The position numbers were made by a program, and so were the translations under genes. A stretch of DNA of 22,226 nucleotides from Candidatus Sumerlaeia bacterium (GTDB taxonomy: Bacteria > Sumerlaeota > Sumerlaeia > SLMS01): positions 1 to 22,226 of the forward strand of contig JBBQYG010000056.1 of assembly GCA_038208905.1 (NCBI GenBank), read 5' to 3'. The notes below the pieces were generated by a model. That model made no database searches. It saw only the letters and a program-made list of their open reading frames with translations, and was not told the origin of the DNA. Positions 7,952 to 16,300 of the stretch are shown piece after piece. Position 1 is the stretch's first letter. Each line of letters opens with the position of its first letter.

Positions 7952-9480
7952 GCCCCGCGCACGCGCGTATCGAGCTGCAATCCATAGCGCGCGATCCGCT
8001 TCCTCAGCGTGGAGCGCGTGATCCCGAGGATCTTCGAGGCCTTGAGCTGATTTCCGCCGGTCAGGTTCAGCGCGTGGATGAGAAGCGCGCGCTCCATCAC
8101 GTCAAAGGTGGAGAACTTGTGCCCGCGCCCGCGCGCCTCCACCAGCTTGTCAAAGATCGGGTCCACCAGATCCTCGATGTCCTTGAACCGGAAATCCTCC
8201 ACCGCGGGGCGTACGGATTCCTTGGCCTGAAAGAGGGACTTCGCCGCGCCCGCGTCGGCCATCGGCGGCGCGGAATCACCGCTCGCGCGGCGGCCGTCGG
8301 GCGTCTCTTCCTTGAGGCGTATATCCGACGCGAGGATGGTGTCGCTCTTCGCCGTCAGCACGGCATTGCGAATCGTGTTCTCCAATTCGCGGACGTTGCC
8401 GGGCCAGCTATAAGCCATCATCTTGTCCATCGCGGCGGCACTGATCTGAAGGCGCTTGTCGCGGCGGTCCTTGAACTGCTTGCGCAGGAAATACTCCACC
8501 AGCATCGGGATGTCGGCGTGCCGCTCCTTCAGGGACGGCATCTCCACGCGCACGACGTTGAGGCGATAGAACAGGTCGGGCCGGAACTCGCCGCGCTCCA
8601 TCATCCGCTCCAGGTCGCGATTCGTCGCCGCGATGATGCGGACATCCACGCGGACGGTGTCGGCGCCGCCGATGCGCTCGAACTCGCCGCTCTGCAACAC
8701 GCGGAGTATCTTCGTCTGCGTCGCCACCGACATGTCGCCGATTTCGTCCAGGAAGAGCGTCCCCTCGTTGGCCAGCTCGAACTTGCCGATTCGCCGCGCC
8801 GTGGCGCTGGTGAAGGCGCCGCGCTCATGGCCGAAGAGCTCGCTCTCCAGCAGCGTCTCCGGAATCGCCGCGCAGTTCACCGCGATGAAGGGCTTCTTGG
8901 CGCGCTCGCTGTGGCTGAAGATCGCGCGCGAGGCCAGTTCCTTGCCCGTGCCGCTCTCTCCCGTGATCAGCACCGTCGCATTGCTCGTCGCCACCTGCCC
9001 GATTGTTTTATAGACGCTCTGCATCACCTCCGATTTGCCGATGATCAGGTCGCCGAAGTCCTCCTCGGCAAGGCGCGGCTCATAGTTCACAACCGTGCGC
9101 ATGTCGTGCGCCACCTTCAGCGCCTCGAAGACCACCTCGCGCAGCTTCTCCACGCTGAACGGCTTCACCAGATAGTCGTAGGCGCCGTTCTTCATCGCCT
9201 CGATCACGTTGGCCGATGTGCTGAACGCCGTCATCAGGATGATCAGGATCCGCGTGTCCACCGCGCGCAGCCGCTTCAGCGTCTGCAATCCGTCCAGCCC
9301 CGGCATTCGCAGGTCCATCAGGATCAAATCGGGGCGGCGGTTCTTCACCTGGGCGATGGCTTCCTCGCCGGTGTGGGCCGCGTCGATGTCCAGATCGTCC
9401 TTCTCGAAGACGCGGCGAAAGCCCGTGATCACGTCCTTTTCGTCGTCCACCACCAGGATGCGTTGGCGCGTTGCGGCCAT
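7948..9480 (-). CDS. Sigma54-dependent response regulator (NtrC/AtoC family: REC-AAA+-Fis HTH)
   Basis: REC domain (ILVVDDE, phospho-Asp in LMDLRMPG, KPF), Walker A GESGTGKE, ESELFGHERGAFTSA, LFLDEIG, FRPDLFYRLNV, WPGNVRELEN and C-terminal HTH GGNQLKASKILGI. The ATG at 9480 overlaps the kinase stop (TGATG). Confidence 0.95.
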   Translation of the reverse strand: MAATRQRILVVDDEKDVITGFRRVFEKDDLDIDAAHTGEEAIAQVKNRRPDLILMDLRMPGLDGLQTLKRLRAVDTRILIILMTAFSTSANVIEAMKNGAYDYLVKPFSVEKLREVVFEALKVAHDMRTVVNYEPRLAEEDFGDLIIGKSEVMQSVYKTIGQVATSNATVLITGESGTGKELASRAIFSHSERAKKPFIAVNCAAIPETLLESELFGHERGAFTSATARRIGKFELANEGTLFLDEIGDMSVATQTKILRVLQSGEFERIGGADTVRVDVRIIAATNRDLERMMERGEFRPDLFYRLNVVRVEMPSLKERHADIPMLVEYFLRKQFKDRRDKRLQISAAAMDKMMAYSWPGNVRELENTIRNAVLTAKSDTILASDIRLKEETPDGRRASGDSAPPMADAGAAKSLFQAKESVRPAVEDFRFKDIEDLVDPIFDKLVEARGRGHKFSTFDVMERALLIHALNLTGGNQLKASKILGITRSTLRKRIARYGLQLDTRVRGA

Positions 9481-11216
9481 CAGGCGTCGCCTCCCTGTGC
9501 GATGGGCAGGATCACCGTCACCACACTGCCCTCGCCCGGCGTGCTCTCCACCCGGATGTGGCCGTTGTGGCGGCGGACGAGCTTGTTGCTGATGAACAGG
9601 CCCAGCCCCGTGCCGCCGTCGCGCGTGGTATAGAACGGCTCGAAGAGGCGCTCCTGCGTCTCCGGCTGGATCCCAACGCCGGTGTCCTCCACGCTGCACC
9701 GGACGCATGGCCCAATGGACCTGTCCTTGCCGAGCTTCGTCCTCACGGTCATCGTTCCTCCCTTCTCGCTCATCGCCTCCTGCGCGTTCACCATCAGGTT
9801 CAGCAACACCTGCTGGATCTGTCCCGGGTCCATTGTCACTTCGGGGATGCGCGGGTCGAGTTGCGTGACCACCTTGACGCGCGACTTGTTAAGCTTGTGG
9901 TTGAGGAAAAGGAGCAGCTCCTCCGCCAGCTTGTTCATCGACGCCTTCACGAAATTCGACTCCGTGGTGCGCGCGATGTTCAGCGTCTGCTCCACGATGT
10001 GGTTGATGCGATCCAGCTTCTCCGTTACAATGCGCAGGTCCTCGCGCGTTTGGTCCGTGTGGTCGGCGTTCTGGCCGATGCTGTGCATCATCAGGTTGAT
10101 GATGGTGATCGGGTTTCGGATCTCGTGGGCGATTTCGGCGGCGAGCGTTCCCAGCAGCGAGAAGCGCTCCGACTGGCGCACGGATTCCTCCAGCGCGATC
10201 AGCCGCTCCGTGCGCCGCGCGTTCTCCATCGCGATGGCGCCCTGGTTGGCGAGCAATTGCAGCATCCGCACCTCCGGATCGCGAAACCGCCGGGGCTCGT
10301 GCGTATATATTGCAAGCACCGCATACACGGTATCCTGATAGGCCACCGGCACCGCGAGGAGCGACACCAACCCCTCCTCCCGCGCCAGTTCCGCGTGGCG
10401 GAACCGCGCGTTGCGGCGCACGTCGGGAATGCGGATCGGCTGGGCCTTGCGGACGACCTGCCCCACGAGCGACTGGGCGACGGTCGAGGGTGGCTTGTCG
10501 CGCCATGCCTCGCTGGCGCCGGCGATGGCGCGCGTGTGAAGCTCGCCCTTCTCTCCCGCCTCCAGCAGAACGCAGACCTTGCCATTCAGCAGCACGAGGC
10601 CCTCCTCCACGATGCGCGTGAGGATCTGCTCGATGGGGCCCGGAGAGATCAGCGTCCGCCCCACCGTGAAGAGCGCCTCCATCTCCTCCGCGTGGCGTTT
10701 CACGGCCTCGTGCAGTCGCGCCGTCTCGATCACCTTGGCGCTCTGGTTGGCCACCGCCATGCAGAGTTCCTCGTCCTCGACCGAGAACGCCGCCGTCCGC
10801 GTGGAGTCCACGTTGATGACGCCGATGACCTTTCCTTCGAGGACCATCGGGAGGGCCATCTCGCTGCGGATGTCGGCCTTGAGGCGGACGTAGCGCGCGT
10901 CGCGGCTGACGTCGTCCACGCGGATGGGTTTTCCCATCCACGCGCAATAGCCCGTCACGCCCACGCCCAGCTCCAGCTTGCAGTGCTTCCACAGGCGTGG
11001 CGGGATGTTCGTCGCCGCCTCGATGTTCAGGACGCCCTTCTTCGCATCCACCATCGCGATGGACCCGCTGGTGGCGTCCGTAATGCGGACGACTTCCTGA
11101 AGCAACATGCGGAGGATTTCCCCCGGCTCCAGAGTCGTGTTGATGATGTTGGATATCTTGTACAGGACCTCGAGACGCTCGAGACGGGCAAGGACCTGAT
11201 GAACGGAGCGAGACAT
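9480..11216 (-). CDS. Cytoplasmic sensor histidine kinase with two GAF domains
   Basis: Two GAF-like repeats (GVGVTG...DVSRDARY...IRSEMALPM and SLVGQV...DVRRNARF...SLLAVPV). H-box AHEIRNP, N-box QQVLLNLMVNAQEAM, G1 DTGVGI, F-box FEPFYTT, G2 GTGLGL. No TM seen. Start taken at ATG 11216. Confidence 0.93.
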   Translation of the reverse strand: MSRSVHQVLARLERLEVLYKISNIINTTLEPGEILRMLLQEVVRITDATSGSIAMVDAKKGVLNIEAATNIPPRLWKHCKLELGVGVTGYCAWMGKPIRVDDVSRDARYVRLKADIRSEMALPMVLEGKVIGVINVDSTRTAAFSVEDEELCMAVANQSAKVIETARLHEAVKRHAEEMEALFTVGRTLISPGPIEQILTRIVEEGLVLLNGKVCVLLEAGEKGELHTRAIAGASEAWRDKPPSTVAQSLVGQVVRKAQPIRIPDVRRNARFRHAELAREEGLVSLLAVPVAYQDTVYAVLAIYTHEPRRFRDPEVRMLQLLANQGAIAMENARRTERLIALEESVRQSERFSLLGTLAAEIAHEIRNPITIINLMMHSIGQNADHTDQTREDLRIVTEKLDRINHIVEQTLNIARTTESNFVKASMNKLAEELLLFLNHKLNKSRVKVVTQLDPRIPEVTMDPGQIQQVLLNLMVNAQEAMSEKGGTMTVRTKLGKDRSIGPCVRCSVEDTGVGIQPETQERLFEPFYTTRDGGTGLGLFISNKLVRRHNGHIRVESTPGEGSVVTVILPIAQGGDA

Positions 11217-11268
11217 GGCGGCGGTCCGATGGAATGGCCCGAATTGCCCATCGCGGGCTGACCCACGG

Positions 11269-11297
11269 AACCTATTGCCGACCGCACCGCCACGCAA
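11269..11297 (-). promoter_or_regulatory. Putative sigma70 promoter for the kinase-regulator-moaD operon
   Basis: On the minus strand, TTGCGT (11297-11292), a 17-bp spacer, then TAGGTT (11274-11269). An AT-rich tract (11301-11330) lies just upstream. Confidence 0.5.
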
Positions 11298-11331
11298 GCC
11301 GTAACTTAAACCAAGTATTATGAAACGAATA

Positions 11332-11367
11332 GGGGAAATGGTACGAAGGGGACCAATAGGACCGATG
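11332..11367. repeat. Degenerate 9-bp tandem repeat
   Basis: GGGGAAATG GTACGAAGG GGACCAATA GGACCGATG. Confidence 0.35.
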
Positions 11368-11410
11368 GGGCGGGTTCAAGAGTAGCGCGCCCCTTCCGCC
11401 GAAGTCTTCA

Positions 11411-11445
11411 CCCCAATCCCTATTCCCAATTCCCCATTCCCCCAA
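11411..11445. repeat. Heptamer tandem repeat (CCCCAAT-type, 5 imperfect units)
   Basis: CCCCAAT CCCTATT CCCAATT CCCCATT CCCCCAA. Confidence 0.7.
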
Positions 11446-11469
11446 CTGGCCGAATTTGACCATCCCGCG

Positions 11470-11647
11470 CTACTCGCCCCCGGCGGCAAGGAACGGGGGT
11501 TCCGCGCCGGTCGCGATAGCGCAGAGCACATCGGGGTCGATGTCCGCGCCGTTGGGCCAGGCCAACGGTCCCCTCGACCCCATCCTCGAATCGGAGGCGC
11601 AGGCGGTGGCCGCTGAGTGGTTCAACGTGGATGACGTCCTTGAGCAT
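11470..11647 (-). pseudogene. DUF2442-family (putative antitoxin) remnant with internal deletion and frameshift
   Basis: One frame gives MLKDVIHVEPLSGHRLRLRFEDGVEGTV. After one extra base a second frame gives AWPNGADIDPDVLCAIATG...stop. These match the N- and C-terminal motifs of DUF2442 proteins, and the middle segment is missing. Confidence 0.8.
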
Positions 11648-11674
11648 GGCACGATCTCGGGCATGATTCACCCC

Positions 11675-12745
11675 CTACTCCACCAACCCATAAATCTGCT
11701 TCGTATCCGGGCAATAGCTGGCCGCCTGCCTCGGATCGATCAGCGAAAGCTCCCGCACCGCCGAGGAAGATACGTGGGCGAGTTCGCGGCGGCAGGGGAA
11801 GAACATCACCTCCACCTGGGGATCCAGATCGTGGATGAAGCGGAACTGGATGATCTCCTTGGCCAGGTCATAGCCATCGCGCAACCCGCGCACCAGGCGC
11901 CGCGGCGTGGTGCCGGGGAGGGCGCTTTCGAGGAACTGGGTCACCAGTCCTTCGAAGTAATCGACCTGATGGAACTGGAGCGTTGTCTTGAGCTTCTCAT
12001 AGGAGTCCAGGTTCTGGTCGGCCTTTCGCCGGTTCACGCCGACGCCAACGATCACCTTGTCGAAGGCTTCCTCGGCTCGGCGAATGACGTCCAGATGCCC
12101 AAGGTGGAACGGGTTGAACGATCCCGCATAGGCGACGATGGACGGCTGGAACGCCTCGGCCACCTCGATGGCCTTGGGGAGCGCGGGCATTTCGGGATAG
12201 CGGACGTGCCACTCCCGCAGAAAGCGCAGCCGGTGGGCGCGGTACTCGGGATAGGGCGCCGCCTGAAACTCGCGGAAGATATTCTTCTCCAGTCGCGACA
12301 GCGCCGAGTAGTCCCCCTCGTAGAGCATTGCCGCGTCGTAGCGCAGGAACGTCGCCAGGAGTCCCGTCGGCGTCTCGCGATAGTTGCTGGCCTCGATCAT
12401 CCGCTCCACGTTGCGCTGGAGCGGATGGTTCTTCTTCCCGCACCACCGGCGAAAGACGTCGGCGGAATGCTCCTCGTTCAGCGGGTCGCCGGGGTGATAC
12501 ACGCAGTCGTGAAAAAGGGCCGTGGCGACCAGCACCGCGCGGTCGTTGGAGCCCGCCTTCCAGTCGGCGTCGATGCGGCGGAGCAGGTCGCACAAGTGCT
12601 CCAGCGTGTGATGATATCGCTGGCGCTCCGTCCACCGGCGCAGCAGATCATTCTCGCAGTCCTCGACCCGGTCATCGCCGATGAATGGCGCCAGGTCCTG
12701 CCGGCAGTGTGAAACGACGAGTTGCCCGAGATCGGAGCGAATCAT
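11675..12745 (-). CDS. Fusion of predicted HD-superfamily phosphohydrolase (COG4339-like) and CoaD/PPAT-like nucleotidyltransferase
   Basis: N-half motifs: RYHHTLEHL, ALFHDCVY, NEEHSA, FLRYDAAML, IFREF...YRAHRLRFL. C-half motifs: YAGSFNPFHLGHLDVIRRAEEAFDKVIVGVGVN, FEGLV, LVRGLR, VSSSAVRE. Confidence 0.85.
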   Translation of the reverse strand: MIRSDLGQLVVSHCRQDLAPFIGDDRVEDCENDLLRRWTERQRYHHTLEHLCDLLRRIDADWKAGSNDRAVLVATALFHDCVYHPGDPLNEEHSADVFRRWCGKKNHPLQRNVERMIEASNYRETPTGLLATFLRYDAAMLYEGDYSALSRLEKNIFREFQAAPYPEYRAHRLRFLREWHVRYPEMPALPKAIEVAEAFQPSIVAYAGSFNPFHLGHLDVIRRAEEAFDKVIVGVGVNRRKADQNLDSYEKLKTTLQFHQVDYFEGLVTQFLESALPGTTPRRLVRGLRDGYDLAKEIIQFRFIHDLDPQVEVMFFPCRRELAHVSSSAVRELSLIDPRQAASYCPDTKQIYGLVE

Positions 12746-12782
12746 GAAGTGGTACCACCGGCACTTGAAGTGCCGCGATGCA

Positions 12783-13319
12783 ATGTCTGTGGCGCGCCGG
12801 TGGCAATGGGAAGCGGCGGGCCTTGTTCCGTTGCTGCTGGCGGGATGCGGGCATACCCCCGCGCCATTGCCGGAGCCGATGCCCTATGAGGACACCCCGG
12901 CGGCGATCGTCGAGCCCCTCTTCAAGCCCCTGCTTTCAGAGCGCATCGGCGCCGCCTTGCTGGAGTCCTCCGTGAGGGACGTGCTGGCGGAAGCCCCCGA
13001 CCCATCGTGGACCAGTGGGGGAGAGCAGTCGGTCGCCGCGCTGGTTGTGGCACTGGGCCTCGCGGCGGACGACGAGCCGGGGGCCACTTTCCCGCTTCCC
13101 TCGACCGACTTGTCGCGATTCCTGCCGGCGCTGGACACGGCGATGCGGCGGCGCGGCGTTATCTGGGCCGACCGCGAGGAGCTTGCGGCCGCGGTCTTGC
13201 ACTACCACGGCCCGGAGGCGGCAAGGGCGCGGGGAATCGAGGGCCGGTTGCGCTCCCTGGAGGAACGCGTTTCGACTTTGGAGTCGGAGCTGGCGCGGTT
13301 TCGTTCCGCCCGCGATTAG
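12783..13319 (+). CDS. Hypothetical lipoprotein
   Basis: MSVARRW...LVPLLLAGC has basic residues, a hydrophobic stretch and an LAGC lipobox. The C-terminus is a short coiled coil (IEGRLRSLEERVSTLESELARF). It fills the gap between neighbours and its stop overlaps the smc stop. Start uncertain. Confidence 0.6.
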   Translation: MSVARRWQWEAAGLVPLLLAGCGHTPAPLPEPMPYEDTPAAIVEPLFKPLLSERIGAALLESSVRDVLAEAPDPSWTSGGEQSVAALVVALGLAADDEPGATFPLPSTDLSRFLPALDTAMRRRGVIWADREELAAAVLHYHGPEAARARGIEGRLRSLEERVSTLESELARFRSARD

Positions 13320-16300
13320 CCTGTCTTCTCAAGAATTCCGCTCTCGTCGATCTGGTCGAACTTCACGCTGACCAGCTTGCTGATTCCCGGCTCCTGCATC
13401 GTAACGCCATAGATTGTGTTGGCAAGCGACATCGTGATCTTGTTGTGGGTGATGATGAGGAACTGCGTCGTGCGCGCGTACTCCTTCAGCGCCTCGCAGA
13501 GCCTCATGCAGTTCACGTCGTCCAGCGGCGCGTCGATCTCGTCCAGGATGCAGATCGGCGACGGCTTGTACTGGAACAGCGCCAGCATCAGGGCGATCGC
13601 AGTCATGGCCTTCTCTCCGCCGGACATCAGCGCGATGGAGCCACCGATGTTCTTGCCCGGCGGCTGTGCAAAGATGTCGATGCCGGGCTCGGGCTGGCCT
13701 TCTTCCTCGATCAGCACAAGGTCGCCTTTCCCGCCGCTGAACAGACGGCGGAAGTTCTCCTGAAAGTTCACGCGGATCGCCGCGTAGGCATCGGAGAACA
13801 GCTTGGCCGTCGTCTCGTCCAGGCTGCGGATCGTCTCCGTCAGCGAGTCTTTCGCCTGGATCAGGTCGTTGCGCTGGGCCGTCAGGAAGTCGAGCCGCTC
13901 CTTCTGCGTCTTGAACTCCTCGATGGCCGTTTCGTTCACGGCGCCCATGCGGGAGAGGCGCTCGCGCAGTTCCGCCACCAGCGGGCGGAGCTGTGCCGGA
14001 TCCTCGATCTTGTCATCCTCCGCAAGCTGCGCCGCGTCGTCCTCGTCGCCGCCCTCCTGCTCCTCCTCGCTGCCATCGGGAGAAGCGATGGCGTCGTTCT
14101 CCGGCGCCATCTCGCGTTCCACGTCCTCGCGCAGTTCGGGAAGCGTCATGCCGAATTCGTTCTGGGCCTCTTCCTCGATCACCTTGATCTGCGCGCGCAG
14201 GTCCGTCGCCTCCATCTCCACCTCGCGGAGTGCGTTCTCGCGGATGTTGCGGTCGCGCTGGAGCCCCTGGACTTCCGAAACGCCGGCGCGTGCCTCTGCC
14301 AAGCGCGCCTCGTTGTCCTGGGCCAGCGTGGAGATCGTGGCCTCCACGGCCTCGCGCTGCTTCACCAGCCCGCCCAGGAGCGACTCCGCCTCGGCGATTT
14401 CCTGCTCCGCCACGGCGCGCTGCTCCACCAGAAGGGCGCCCTCGCGCTCGCGGCTCCCCTGCTCTCCACCGGCGGACTGGTGCTCCACGCGCACCTCCGT
14501 CAGCTTCCTGCCAAGGAGCATCGTGCGCTCGCGCAGCGTGCTGACCTTCACGCGCCCGCCGGAGACTTCCTCCGCCAGCGTCGCCAGCGCGCCAGAGCGC
14601 TCCGTCCCCGACGACTCGATCTCGCGCAGCGTCGCGTCCCGCTCGCCGATGGCGGCGGTCAGCACCGAAAGCGCCTCGGCACACAGGCCCACGCGCTCCT
14701 CGTGCTGGCGCAGGTCGTGGCGCTGCTGCACCTCGCGCGCCTCGCCGCTCGCCAGCGTATTGCGCCGGTCCTTGCTGCGCGCCTCGGCGGACTGGAAATC
14801 CTTCTCGCTGCGGGCCTCGGCCATTTGTTCCGCGTGGCTATCGGACTGAAGCTCGGCCGCGCGCGCGTGGGCCTGGGACAACGTATCGTTGGCCGCCGCC
14901 AACTCGTCGTGCAATCGCTTCCGGTCCGCGTCAAGGCGCGTCGCCTCGTCGCGGAGCTGGCGGATTTCGCGCGTCCGCGTCAGCAGGCCCAGCGACTTGT
15001 GGGAACCGCCCGTCAGCACGCCGGAGGGATCGACCAGTTCTCCATCGAGCGACACGTAGCGGTTGCGGATGCCCTCTCGCTGAAGACCGACGGCCACAGG
15101 AAGGTTCTGCACCAGCACCGTGCTGCCAAGGCGGCGCTCCACCGCGCGCAGGATCTTGGGATCGAACTCGATCAGATTCTTGGCGAGGCCCACCACGCCG
15201 GGGCGCTTGAGAATCTGATGAGCCTGGTCATATCGCACATTCGTCTGCAACAGGTCCAACGGCAGGAACGTGGCGCGCCCCTGGTTGGTGCTCTTCAGGA
15301 AACGGATCGCCTCCTGCGCATCGCGCTCGCTCACCGTGATGATGTCCTGCAGCGACCCGCCTAGCGCCACTTCCACGGCGACCTCGTACTCCTAGGGGAA
15401 TGTGAGCACGTTGGTCAGAACGCCGACGATGCCGGAGAGCTTCCCCGACTGCGCGGCCTTCATCACCACCTGCACGCCGCGATAGAAACCCTCGTAGCTT
15501 GCCTCCAGTTCCTCCAGCGCCTGCAACCGGGACGCCGCCTGGTTGGCCGCGCGCGTCGCCTTGTCCAGGCGATCGGCCAGTTCGCTCTTCGCCTGCGACT
15601 GGGCGGAGATCGCCTCCTTGTACCGTGCCGACTCGGCGCGCAGATCCACCAGCCTGGCGCGGTGCTTCTCCATCGCCGCGCGGGAGGTATCGGCCAGGGC
15701 CTTCGCCTCTTCGGCCTCCGTGCGCAACGTCGTCATCATCGTCTCGTGGTTGGCGAGTTCCGCGCCCAGGCGCTCGATCAGCGACTCGGAGAGGCGCATG
15801 TCCTGCTGCACCTTGCTCTCCTTCGACCGCTCGGTCTGAAGCTCCGCGCGCAGGCGGGCCAGCCGCGAATTGCTGTCGTCGTGGTCGCGGCGGAGCGCGT
15901 CCAGGCGGCGCGTCTTCTCTTCGAGCTGGGCGCTCTCGGTGAGAAGCGTCGCATCCTCGCGCGCGATATCCACCTCCAGCGCGCCGATGGTGCTGGCGAG
16001 AATCTGCAACCGGTTCGCCGACGTGGAGACTTCGCGCTGGAGCATCGCCGAGCGCTCCGCCACAGCCTGCAGGGTCTGGCGCGCGCTCTCGATCCGGCGC
16101 TGCTCGCGGTTGATCGCCTGCTGCTGGTCGTATCGCTCCTGCTGGAGCTCCTGCGACCGGCGCTGGTAGTCCTCGAGCATCCGCGTGGACTCCGCGCGGC
16201 GCGCTTCCGACGCAGCCAGGGCCGCGTTCGCCGCTTCGAAGGCGTCCCGCGCCTCCGTCATGCGGGCCTCGGCCTTCTCCAGCTTCGTGCTCAGGAGCCG

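Noticed and set aside
11332..11445. CRISPR array in the repeat-rich intergenic regions (also 19539-19680)
   Set aside because: Units are 7-9 bp without unique spacers, and no cas genes are present.
15392..15394. Genome-wide TAG reassignment
   Set aside because: TAG terminates the MATE, HD-CoaD, lipoprotein and efflux-channel genes at plausible C-termini. Only one internal TAG is seen among about 15 genes.
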